From assembly GCA_951406725.2 (NCBI GenBank), contig OX597822.1, positions 19,220,001 through 19,284,000 of the forward strand: a stretch of DNA of 64,000 bases. Direction: 5' to 3'. Numbering within the stretch: position 1 is the stretch's first letter; every line of letters begins with the position of its first letter. Shown here piece after piece: positions 50,391-62,991 of this stretch. The notes under the pieces were generated by a model. That model was not told the origin of the DNA and did not search any database. It saw only the letters and a list, made by a program, of their open reading frames with translations. The position numbers and the translations under genes were made by a program. This stretch comes from Octopus vulgaris (lineage: Eukaryota).

Positions 50391-53221
50391 GAAAAAGTAA
50401 TTAACTGAAACAAAGGCAGTGTATTCCAACAGAAATTTGGTAAGAAAAGGGTTCTGCTAAATTCATTATTTTCAAAATTAATAGAAATAAAGGCAGTGTA
50501 TTTCAATAAAGATTTAGTAACAAAAGGGTTAAACATCTATTTCAATATCTGTTGGACTAGATCATAAGAATATCAGATGATTGCAGAGGGAAAATACCAA
50601 TATGTCAAGTTGATTTATGGCAAGTCTATTAACCTACAGGCCATTGTGGCTATTAAATGCAGTTATACTTAATGGCAGTTATATTTTGTTTATAGTATGG
50701 CATTTTGACACCAAAAAACAAATCATTTGAGTAAGATTACCAACATAAATTATTTGAAGAATTTTAATCTATTTTAGAATGCGCCAGTTCTATAAGTCAT
50801 TCTAGATTGAAAATAGTGCAACATAGGAACAATTAGGTTGAATTTCCTTCAAATATATTTTTAAACACTTGAATTTAGAAAATATGAAGTGTACCCCAAA
50901 ACTCAAGCCACTGCCAATGAATGAAACCAAAATCTGTAAATCACATCTCAACCATCCATATAGCTTAATTGTGAACTCTAATAGTGTAAAGAACTTATTC
51001 AACCCACAGGTCAGAAACATTCCAAACTATGTTTAACACAAAATCCTAGACTGCTTTTTCTATTGAAACCTCTCAATACTGTAAGAAGCTAGAGAATTTG
51101 ACAAAATGCATTCAGCCCAGTGTAATAAAAAAATAAATAAAAATAAAGCATAACTATTGCATGAATTTGGATAAAATTTGCAGAGACAATATAATGATTG
51201 TTGGTGTGCATTATAAGGTTTTTATCTATTGAATTTTACTAGTCATGCCCTTTAGTTGATTACACACAATTGTTTCCACATATTTACAAGATACCAATTC
51301 CTGGCCAACAGCTTCCTAATTAAATCATTATTAAATGATAAATGAATCCTTAATAAATAATATCACAAAATTCTAACTCACTGCCATTTAGTTTGCAAAC
51401 CAAAAGGAGAGAGAAAAAAAGAGGAGAAATTTATCTGATAGAACAGTAAACAAACACACACAATGCAGACAGTTTTAGATGAGGTAAACTGTTCCTCACA
51501 CACAAGTGTGCCTAGTCCCAGTTTTTGAACCTCAAGAACAAATGAACTGCAGTTTCATGTGGTCAAAATATCTGCAGTACAGGACTTAACCAGCAAAACC
51601 TAAAGGTATGCTACAGTTACATGACAAATGTAGGGAAAAGTACCAACATAACAGATACTAAGCATCACTAAAGCACCTAATAAGCCCAAGAACCTAGAAA
51701 TCAAAATTCTTTCAACCTAGACAGCAAGTAAATGTTAAATACGTTTCTTTCAATAATTTATGTCAAATTTAATCCTTAACATATCAAGTCATGGTCTCAC
51801 TCTCTGAAGATACACTACTTTGTATTTATGCCAACAAAAGATAGTCTTTAAAGGGGTATTACTCAGTTATTTTATTGACCTGTTTGTTCAGTGGCTAAAT
51901 TGCTCTAAGTACTAGGGCAATATAATTAACTAAAATCTTTGAAAGCAATACCCAACATGGTTACAGCCCAATATTGAAAACTAGTAACAAAATAATTTTA
52001 AATAGAGCAAACAATCATGGCAAAATACACATCAAGATATGTATAGTTTTACACATTTTTATACACTCTTATGAAAATGGATTTTATATAATCATTCTGG
52101 GAATTATTGAAGCAAGAATTACAAAAAACACTTTCATTATGAAAGTCAAAGAAACACTTGCCTAGCAGTTTTTTGATCGGAGTGCATGTTGAAACTAAAG
52201 GAATTACAGCATAGAAAACAAAAATTTAACTTCACATAATCATTATTTGGTGTCAAAATTTTCATTGCATTAACTACAACCTAGTCACTGACAGTTCTAC
52301 TGCAACACAAAATTTGACATCAATAAATGATTAAGTCTGTGTGCTTTTGAATGGCTAATATGGGTCTTCCACATTGTCATTGCATTATGAAGGTGTACTT
52401 AGTAAAAAAATTTTTGGCTTGTTGTTCACCCTCTCATGTGGGATTAAGACTATGTATCCAAGGTAACACAAGGAATCAATTTGTACTATTTACAATTAGA
52501 CCTTCAAACTTAGTTCAACAGAATCCACAACACAGTGCTTTTTTCAGAAGCTAACCTCCCCAGCAAGAGCACTTTTCTCTGGCAAGACAGACAGGTACAA
52601 CATGAAGCATGTTGTAAAAATGGAGCATGAAATGCTTAACACAAACAAAAAGTATTAGGAAGAAATTATAGAAAACTGATCCAACTCGAAGCAATAACTA
52701 AAAGAAAAGAGAGAAGTTTGGTTGTTAAAAGAATCTTCGTCCATATTCAAGCCATCTCAGTAAATAAAGTACTGCAACTCTTGAATTGGCTCTATCAGTT
52801 TTATATTATAAAAGAGAAGCAGATCTCCATCTGTCTATTTGTCACAACATAAGAGGGAGGGAAAGAAAAGGAGGAATCAAAATATATATCACAACGACGT
52901 ATTTTCAGAAGGGGAGAAGTTGAGAGAGAAATACAGTGAGAAAGACAGAGGGTTGATAGGTATGTATGTAGGTAGGTAGTGTTGCCACCATAGCAACTAA
53001 CAAGTTTTGATTAAAAAAAAACACCAGGGAATTTTAAGTGCACATCTGTCAACACAATAACACAGACTTCAAGAAAAGGTTTTATATATATATACATACA
53101 CACAATTGCAATGTGGAAGGCATTTCTAAGCCAAATAAAAACACAAAAACCATTAAATTCACTTCAACATTTAAATTGAGACTGTGACCTGTTTGCTGAC
53201 AAAATTCCATGCCGCATCTCT

Positions 53222-53264
<43 letters not shown>

Positions 53265-53788
53265 CCTTTTTTGTTGTCGTTGTTTGTTTTTCTGTGTCGT
53301 TCAACATATAGACAAGCTACAAAGACTTTCACACTGAACAATTTATGAAGGTATAGGCATGATTTAACAAAAACTTTCACCAGGCACTGACCTACTCCCA
53401 TATAAAATGACAACATTAAGTGTTTGTGTGTGTGCACGTAAATTACAAATTAAAAGCAGCTCTACAAATGTAAACATTATTGATAGCATATACACAATGT
53501 GTTTCATTTACTCACTGAATTTCCTGAGGGATAGCATTTAGGGATACTCCCTAATAATACTAGGTGTTAAAACACCTGAAAATCATAGACCAGGCGAGAC
53601 AACTAGCCTTGGATCAAGCATACACTTGGACTGAACTGAATCCCCAGTCTATGACTAGACACAGTGTGAAAATAAACTAATGAGGTACATGTACATGTGC
53701 AAGTAAATTGAATCACGAATAAAAACTAATGCAAACATTACCCATTGCACATATACAATGTGTTTTATGTATTCACTGAATTTCATGT

Positions 53789-54272
53789 GGAATAGCATTT
53801 TGGGAGATTTCCCAATAATGCTGGGTGTTAAAACACCTGGGAGAGAGGGAGATAGAGTGAGATTGACGGAATAGAATTTTTGGAGATTTCCCAATAACGA
53901 TGGGTGTTAAAACACCTGGGAGAGAGTGAAATAGAGTGAGATAGGCGGGGATTGGCGGAATAGCATTTTGGGAGATTTCCCAATAATGCTGGGTGTTAAA
54001 ACACCTGGGAGAGGAATAGAGTGAGATAGGCGGAGATAGAGCGAGATTGGCGGAATAGCATTCTGGGAGATTTCCCAATAATGCTGGGTGTTAAAACACC
54101 TGGGAGAGGAATAGAGTGAGATAGGCGGAGATAGAGCGAGATTGGCGGAATAGCATTTTGGGAGATTTCCCAATAATGCTGGGTGTTAAAACACCTGGGA
54201 GAGAAGGATATAGACAGGGAGAGAGGGAGAGACGGAGATAGACAGAGAGAGCGAGATAGACGGAGAGATAGA
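53789..54272. repeat. Tandem array of 5 double-hairpin units with purine-rich spacers
   Basis: GGAATAGCATTTTGGGAGATTTCCCAATAATGCTGGGTGTTAAAACACCTGGGAGAG starts at ~53789, 53868, 53957, 54052 and 54147, with a diverged copy at ~53529. Confidence 0.9.
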
Positions 54273-55108
54273 TCATAGAGAAGAAGATATATTCTTGTGT
54301 AGCTTTGTTCTATTTAGGAAAAATTACGTGAGTGTATAAGGCAGTTCTCAAAAATTCAGCTAAACATTCAGTACTGCAAGAAATTTTAACTCTACTGATA
54401 ATCTTTCAGCATTGCTGGAAATTCAAGGAAAATTATCAAATGTCTGTCTCACTCACACAGTTTGTTTAAAGTGTCACGACTTACAATGTTGCTTTTATAA
54501 ATATATATATATATATATAACATTAATATTAGTCACACCCATAGCTACTTGAAGTTATCTACTATTAAAAATAAAAGCAAAAACAAGCCCTCTCCTATCA
54601 ACTAATAGTGACAGATCCGTAATGGTTAGATTTTGTTACAAAGCTTTCTGACAAAATATTTCTATTTTCAGTCACCACATATCTTTCTAAAGATACGTTT
54701 ATTCTTAAATGTTAAAATACACAAGTTTGATTATACTTATAGAAGGTAGTACAACATGGACTACAGCTCTTCCATGACAGCATGGAATAAATATCGAAAT
54801 GAAACTGATAAGATTAATTTTGGAAAACAACATGCAGTAAATGATGACTAACAATAAACTGATTTTATATATATATATATATATAGAATATGAGGGGTTT
54901 AGTTTGTGATCTAAACAAATAGGTATGCTAGATAAGTGCTATAGTTGGCTGACTTGTAGGGTCCAAGATCACAGTTAAAGGCTGGATCTAGAGATCCATT
55001 TTAGGGTTCTGTTATAGCAGGTATATATTAGAGGAAAACTCAAAATCAAGGCAAACGAGTATCTCAAGTCATTTAGAATAATTTAATTAAGGTAAGGTGA
55101 ATTTCAAA

Positions 55109-55168
55109 TCTTACAGCTGTTTCTGGTTGGTTAGTATGTCTGTGCACTGAGTATTCCATCTTCAGAGA
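55109..55168 (-). ncRNA. Minimal type I hammerhead ribozyme motif
   Basis: Minus strand TCT-CTGAAGA-TGG[29 nt]CCA-GAAAC-AGCT-GTA-AGA: canonical core, GUA cleavage triplet, palindromic stem III. Confidence 0.75.
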
Positions 55169-55664
55169 CAAGGTATGAATATTTTAAATGGGGAAAACTT
55201 ACAGTTTACAAGGAATAAAATTCACAATTTGTAAGAAATAAAATTCAAAAATAAAAAGTAAAAGTAAGAATATTGGTAGGAGAATACTATTCACAACTCA
55301 TTTTTTTCCAGAAGATATTGGTTGGTACTTCCATGAAGGTACTGGTTTTTAGTTAAAATCTCAAGTAATCCAGGCAGTATTTTGGCAGTATTCTGAATGA
55401 TGTATTCATATTATGTTTAGAATATGAAGACATCATTCAGGATACTGCCAAAATACTGCATGGATTTACCTGGAATTCTAACTAAAAACCAGTAGCTTCA
55501 TGGAAAAACCAACCAACATCCTCTCGAAAAACATGAGTTGTGAACATTCTCCCGCCATTATTCTTACTTTTACTCTTTATTCTTCTATATTATTCCTTAT
55601 AAATTGTGAATTTTATTCCTTGTAAACTGTAAATTTTCCTCATTTAAAATATTCATAGCTTGTT
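55168..55664. repeat. Diverged palindrome, arms ~245 bp, centre ~55416
   Basis: TATGAATATTTTAAATG...TTTACAAGGAATAAAATTCACAATTT pairs with AAATTGTGAATTTTATTCCTTGTAAA...CATTTAAAATATTCATA; GGCAGTATTCTGAATGATG pairs with CATCATTCAGGATACTGCC. Confidence 0.9.
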
Positions 55665-56277
55665 TCAGATGTGATATGCAAGAGAGATGACTGCACTGGT
55701 ATGGTCATGTGTTGCATATGGATGGGGGACAGCTGTGTGAAGAAGAGTCACACCCTAACAGTGGAGGGAATCTGTGGAAGAGGTAAACCCAGGAAGACAT
55801 GAGATGAGATGGTGAAGTATGACCTACGAACGTAGGGCCTCAGTGTCACTGACAACTGACCAAGACCTTTGAAGATATGCTGCACTGGAGAAGACCCGGC
55901 AAGCCAAGTGAGATTGTAGTCGTGTCCAATGCCAGTGTCACATAACTGGCCCATTTAAAAGCACTCTTCAATCACCCTTCAATATGCCGTACTTGTGAAG
56001 ATCTATTGAACTGAGTGAAATCATAGTCATGGCCAATGCCAGTACTGCCTGACTGGCATGTAAAAAGCACCATTCAAGTGTGGCCAATGCCAGTGTCACC
56101 TGACTGGCTCCCATGCCAGTAGCATGTAAAAATCATGCCCTACACTCTTGAAGTGGTTGGCATTAGGAAGCGCATTCAGCTGTAGAAACCTTGCCAAATC
56201 AGATTGGAGCCTGGTGCAGACTCCAGGCTTGTTAGTCCTTAGTCAGCATGGAAAGCGGACGTTAAACGACGATGACA
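55665..56277 (+). mobile_element. Diverged 3' fragment of the RTE-like family (ORF end, 3' UTR and tail)
   Basis: Encodes a decayed L.WYGHV..M...RGKPRKT segment and ends in GGACGTTAAACGACGATGA. Confidence 0.85.
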
Positions 56278-57050
56278 TATCACACTGAAATGTAACTGAT
56301 ATATATCATCATGAACATCATTGTGTTAGCATTTACTTTTCAGAATCTTGTGTTTTAGTCAGATACCTTTCTTATTGCCACTCTACTTGTTTTAAGAGAG
56401 GTAATAATCTCCCAGTTTATCAAACAGCAAACAGCTCAGGTATGTTTAATGCAGAGAACTGGAAACAAACAACACCGGGTGCCTGAGCCTTTTTACAACA
56501 ATTGTTCTATACACACACACGTGAGTTGTATGAAGAGAGTTCACTACATAACCACAGTTTCAAGTTCTATCTCACTGTGACACCTTGGGCAAGGACTTTC
56601 TATGGGATGGTAACTTTAAATGCAAGGAATGCAGCAATGAATTTGGCATTCAAGTAGGGGTCACTGAGCTCCCTTTTGTTCATCATTTTCCTTCAGCTAA
56701 TTGAGAATAGGTTCATTGTTAAATAGTGGTAGAAAATGCAATCAACTAAAAATGTTCAGTTAATCAAACATACAAACATGACAGCTAAACAGTAATTACA
56801 GCAGCACCTCCAAGAGTCAATGCTACAAAGTGGTAATACAGCATCAGTTATCACTATGCAGAACAGTCACAGCCAAACGGAATGAAAGCAGAGCAGTTCA
56901 GTGCTGACATATCCTTAATTACATCTTAACAAAAGAACAACCCTAGAGCAGACAACAGTTTCCAACAGCCAGCAGTTTTCAGTCAGAATTTTCTTCAACA
57001 AACTATATTAACTTACTTAGCAGCTTAGTAATAAGAACAATTCATATACA

Positions 57051-57264
57051 CAGTAATCCCCCGCCATATTGCAGTTCACCTATCATGGTTTATTATTTAA
57101 ACTTACATTGATTCTTCCATGGTGTTGTTTTGCATTTATAACAAAAATATATACAAATTATAAAAATAAAAAAGAAATACAGTACTGTTTATACTTCACA
57201 GATTTTCACCTATCGCCAGGTGGGGGAGTCGAATCTAACACCTGCAATAGTCGAGGGGTTACTG
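57051..57264. mobile_element. pogo/Tigger-like MITE
   Basis: TIRs CAGTAATCCCCCG / CGAGGGGTTACTG, followed by TA on the right side. Confidence 0.7.
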
Positions 57265-57280
57265 TACGCGTGTACGCACA

Positions 57281-57336
<56 letters not shown>

Positions 57337-59939
57337 AAAACACCCACAAGTCTATGTATGTGTCATTTGTGCTAACACAACTAGCAAAGGAAAATGCAAG
57401 GGAACTTCCAAGTCCTATTCTATTTCTGTGTTAGTTTGACTGAGGTGTCAAGCTTCACATAATAACTTATTCAACTGACTGAATAGGCCATTAGGTGAAA
57501 ACTGAAGTTCCAATCAACACAAATTTTACTATAAATTTGACTACTCTCAGTACCAAGGTACCTCATCAGTAAATGTTCTGTTGTTAACCTTAAATTATCT
57601 TTAAAATAACTGAATTTAACAATTATCCATAAAATATGACAACAGTACTTTCTTATACATCTTTTGCAGACCATTAAAAAATGGGAGTAACTGAGATACA
57701 GAAAGTATGACAGAATTCATAATAAAAAAAATTAAAAAAAAGGTAAAGGTTGAGTAAAAATGGAAGTTGAACAATAGAAAGAGGGTGAAAGTGATATGAA
57801 CATTTAAATACAAAGAGGGAAGTGGGGAAAGGAAGAGTATCCGGACACAACAAAGTTTGTGACATCACTGCATCTTTAGTTATTTCATTTCCTCCTCTCA
57901 ACATTTGTATGAAGTACTCTGAATTGTATCGGTGTATTATTGCACAAGAACAGAAAAAATAAGATTTTCTGTATGATATGTATGCATGTTATGTGTGCGT
58001 ATGTGTATACACACACATTTGGAAATATAATTGTTGCGATTATAATCCATAAATAAAATTGAGTATGGTATATACTTTTATTCATTCATTTCTTTTACCA
58101 GTAATTGCATTGCAGTCATGCTGGGACACCACCTTAAATGGCATGTAATCTATTTTTTAAGTTTAATACTTATTTTATCAATATGTATTTGTTGAACAAC
58201 ACTGGCCTAAAGCAACTCAAACACTCACTTATGAACACAAATACAGTAGAAGACTATGCCCACTATGCAATGAGACCAAATAAAGAACCAGTTACAAGTG
58301 AACTCTAAACCACATGGTCAGGAATTAAACTTCTTGACTACACAGCCATGTCTGGCTTTACACACACATACTTTATTCAAATGACACTGAACTTGAAATC
58401 CTTTTGTGTTCTCTCTTGCAAGATTTTGCAAGAGAACCACACACACACAATTACAAAACTGTATACCATTGTTCATTTCACATTTTTGGGATAATTTTCT
58501 TGATATCAAAACTGATGCCTTTTATAAGCGACAATTTCTGCTTGTCAATCAGGCTTGTCACAACATAATTTATAGTAAATAATGTTTTCATATCCTACTA
58601 TTACAATAGAATAAAACAATCTACTCTAGTGTACATTTTGTCCTATGGTCAAATTTATGTTTTATATAAGCTTATCAATATCAGAAGTTGCTTTGCTCTA
58701 CATACATAAACAAGCTTAACACTGCTTACAGCAAGATGTAAAACAGCATAGCTAGCAGGTTGATGTGGGGAAGTATCATTTAACAGCAATGAACTGAAGA
58801 CTATAGACTGCTCAGATGTTGAAATAGAAGTAGTACATAATTTATGTTACTGAAACAAGTACAAGGTGTGTGTAGCTAGTGATAGGGTTGAAGATGGAAA
58901 ATGTAAGTACTACCACTTTCAACTTGATACAATATGTGGTGTATGTAAAAATATGGTTAAATGATCTGCAAAAAATAGAGTTACTTGAATTAGTGTGCTG
59001 GTGGTGGTTTGTATTAGCATAAATCAAAAAGGACTAAGAACAAAAAGATATGCTGGTGTGCTATAGCACTAATATTTCAGACATATATATTTACTATAGA
59101 AGAAAAATGTTTTCTAGAAAATGGTGTTGATATCTGATAAGGAATAATGAATTACCAGCCAGAGACAACAATCATGGAAGTTACAAAATGCTAAAAAAGA
59201 GAAAAATATTAGAAAGGAACAAAAAAAGCAAGAGCAGATGCTCAGAGGATAAAGATAGTTTGAAGGTATGATGGAGATTTAAAAAGAGAAATTAAATAAT
59301 GTCTATGAAATGCACACCAGTTACCTCACCAGTGAAATGAGAAGTAACGAGGTATGAAAGTAATTTCAGTGATGTGAGAGAGTCTACTATAATGTCATTG
59401 GCATTCAATCAAATGGATAATATATTTGAGATAAGTAATTCAAGCATAACTTTAACTTGATCTACAATAGTTAAGCCTGACATAATACATACACTGATGA
59501 CAACATTAAAATATTTCGGAAAGATGCTGTCATGCAGAGCAGTCTAAATTTGTAGGGGAAAATGGATACTGTTATTTTCTGGCATGCATGTTGAATTTTT
59601 TAGACAAAATTTACAACAAAAAAAAAAAAAAATTTGACATTGGAGGACCAAAAATTCCATGTCGAATACAGTAGGATTTGAAAAGATAGTGATAATGTTT
59701 TAATGTTTACACTATACATTATGCAGAGTTGTATGCCAGAAAATATAGTAGGTACAGAACAATGTTTTATGTTACAAGTGCTGATCTGTAGATTAACAAG
59801 CTATCAGAAAATTTTATGATTGCACCCAAAAAGTAAAAAATGACATATTTCATAAAACCAAAAGTCAAACCTTTATTTCAAACCAATCAAACCATACTCT
59901 TGTTGGTTTCCTATACACAACAGAGAGAACCAACATTAA

Positions 59940-61006
59940 CCCTTTCGTTACTATATTTCTGACCAAAATACACCCCTTATGTGTTTCAATTAATTTCTAA
60001 CATAATCATAAATTTCGTCTGGTTTCATTAAACATCTATAACTTTTTTATTTATCAATATATTAACGTGAATTTTGGAAGATAATTTAATGAAATGTTCT
60101 CAACCAATTCTATACTATAATTTTTGTCACAAAGTGACTCTAATTGCAGGTAGATACAGGTAAATTTAACAAAATATAAAATTATTAAAATTTTGTTCAA
60201 ACATCGCTATAGAAAATGGGTTATTAGCTAATATTCAATTGAGTATACAACAAAATTTTACGATAGAATTTGTTATTCTAGGTAACTTTCTGATACCCAT
60301 AATAATATTTATGGCAAAATAGTCTTAATTTCATTTAAGGTTATGGGAAACCACAAAGTATCCTTTCTTTCATTTTGTTTACATTTAGCGTAACAGTTCG
60401 TTTCCACCGTAATGATTTCAAATAGGCTCATTCGAAAAAGTAAAAAGAAATAGTCTAAGGCTTTACTCTTCTGGGAAAGTCTGTGGCTTGGTCCAGTTTC
60501 TTCAGAAAAATCACCGAAAGAAACAGTTTTTAAATTTTCACTCCATTCAGGTGCCAATTCATTTTCTTTATCGCTGTTGGAGCTCTCGGATTCACTGTTT
60601 TCACTTTCGGAAAATGAAACATCAGATTCATTATCAAATACCACATGCTTTTTTTTTTTCACTCATAGAGTTAGATTTATCAAGGTCTGCAGTAGAAATT
60701 CTGACACGCTGCTTGATATAATGAAATTCGTATCCATTTTTTGTCAGAATTACAAATTTTGAAAACACAATAGGAACAAATTTCGGGAAAAAATCTCCCA
60801 AAATTCACGGAATTAAAATTAAACTTCGATTTTTGTACAAAACTGTAGTTGAACTCTTTACGAAGTATAATACGTATTTTCACGAATGTACTAAAGAGAT
60901 TTGCTCTGATATTCTCATTTAAATATGAATAGGTAAATTCGGGCGGCTTTGGGCGGTTTGGTGACATTAACCAAAATTTTTTTCAGGCGGTTTGGTAACG
61001 AAAGGG
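59940..61006 (-). mobile_element. piggyBac internal-deletion derivative
   Basis: TTAA|CCCTTTCGTTAC ... GTAACGAAAGGG|TTAA gives a perfect 12 bp TIR and a TTAA TSD. ORF 60309-60662 has the acidic N-terminus and the start of a PGBD-like transposase (ALDYFFLLF...IITVETNCYA...WFPITLNEIK); the DDD core is missing. Confidence 0.9.
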
Positions 61007-62345
61007 TTAAAACCAAACTAATCCACAATAAAGTAATTTAATAGTACTTTTCATTAAACTGGTTTTAAAACAAAAATAACTTATTGCTACATTTCAAATG
61101 TCAATTCTTATCAAGAACATTTTTAAAAGTTAACATTTCAAAAATGAAAACAGTTCCTAGCAGAGCCAAAACAGCTCTTCAACTCAGATTAAACACAGTT
61201 CCTAAGCGGACCAAAAAAGCTAAGTTGCTACTTCTATACTAAAACTTTTCAGTGTAGCAACCAAGTGACCCCTCGCAAATGAGGATCATATATCCAACAG
61301 ACAGAACACTTATCTAACAGAGAGATTCCAAACTGTGTATACCTAATGCACTGAACTAATTGATTGACCCTACTGAAGCAACCAACTCAATAAATCTTAA
61401 TAGAAATATAATCAATAAAGAATATAAAAAAAACATGATTACTTAATGGTAAGCTGCAGAACTGACAAGCTGTTCCTAACTTATAATCCATCACTTTAAC
61501 AGAAGAGAGTGAAAACAAAGTTTAAAAACAAGATTCTGAGCACTAAAGTTCAAAATTTTCTGTCAAATGTTTTGAGCAAGCTATATTACTGTTTGTCTGC
61601 ATAACTGAGCTGTTGGTATTTTGAAAGAATGCATCCAGTTGTGAAAACACTAATATTGCACAACTGTACAGATTTGCAACAACCATTACATAAGTTAACA
61701 GAAAAATGCATACAGGATAGAAGTACTCATGCATACCGGGTTAGACTAAGTCACATGACTATAAGGGCTTGTTCTTATTTTCAAAAAAGTTTGGGAACAA
61801 CTGTTCCCAAACTTTTTATTAATTATCACAGTAAGAAATGAGCTGGAGATTTTGTACACTTAAGTCAGTACTTCATAAATGGTGTCACAGGAGGTACCTA
61901 AGTGAGATGTAAAAAGACTTTTAGAAATATAATTAAAGGCCTTAGAAAATTTATATTAATGCTTGAGTGTCTTGAAAAATGTAGTATTCATAACTACTGC
62001 ATATTCATTTAGGTGTCTTCACATGAAACATGTACACTAACTTCATGATACCATCTTCTGACAAGTAGTTTGACATCTTATATATTTGATGTACTGAGGC
62101 AACCATTGTGAGCATCTTAAGTACAGGCATGGCTGTGTGGATAAGAAGCTTGTTTCCCAACGAAGTGATTTTAGGCCCAGTTCCATTGAGCAACCATTGT
62201 GAGTTGATTTAGTAGACAGAAACTGAAAGAAGTGTGCCTGAGCATGGTGAGCAAGACTCCTGTAATGAGTCTATGAAACTAAGTTGCATGGGGCCTATAT
62301 ATATAACTTCTACTAAATGTGTTAAGTGCCTCTTTGTCCACCTCT

Positions 62346-62379
<34 letters not shown>

Positions 62380-62380
62380 C

Positions 62381-62991
62381 ATCATCATCATCATCATCGT
62401 TTAGCGTCCACTTTCCATGCTAGCATGGGTTGGACGGTTCAACTGGGGTCTGGGAAGCCAGAAGGCTGCACCAGGCCCAGTCTAATCTGGCAATGTTTCT
62501 ATGGCTGGATGCCCTTCCTAACGCCAATCACTCCATGAGTGTAGTGGGTGCTTTTTCCATGCCACCAGCACAGGTGCCAGACGAGTCTGGCAAACGGCCA
62601 CGATTGGATGGTGCTTTTTATGTGCCACCGGCACAGGGGCCAGACGAGGCTGACAACGGCCACGAACGGATGGTGCTTTTTATGTGCCACCGGCACGAGG
62701 CCAGTCGGGGCGGCGCTGGCAACGGCCACGTTCGGATGGTTCTCTTACGTGCCACCGACACTGGTATCTCAGCTGCAATTTCCATTGATTGATTTCGATT
62801 CTGATTCTCACTTGCCTCAACAGGTCTTCACAAGTAGGGATTTGTGTCCCAAGAAGGGAAGGTATGCATAAATGGACTGGCTACATCCCGTGTAGAAGGC
62901 CACGGGTTATGGTCTCACTTGTCCTGCCGGGTCTTCTCACGCACAGCATACTTCCAGAGGTCTCGGTCTCTAGTCATTTCCTCAGTGAGAC
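62381..62991 (-). mobile_element. 5'-truncated (~610 bp) copy of the RTE-like family
   Basis: Aligns with 15682-16405 (tail, 3' UTR repeats, last codons); inserted in a (TA)n tract. Confidence 0.9.

Noticed and set aside
53789-54272. CRISPR-like repeat-spacer appearance
   Set aside because: Eukaryotic intron, no cas genes, repeats ~57 bp, and spacers are low-complexity and related to each other.
60660-60700. piggyBac exon trap fusing the CAPZB ATG to the transposase via acceptor-like TTTCTACTGCAG
   Set aside because: Phase-0 splicing reads TLINLTL* and stops at once, out of frame with the transposase remnant.
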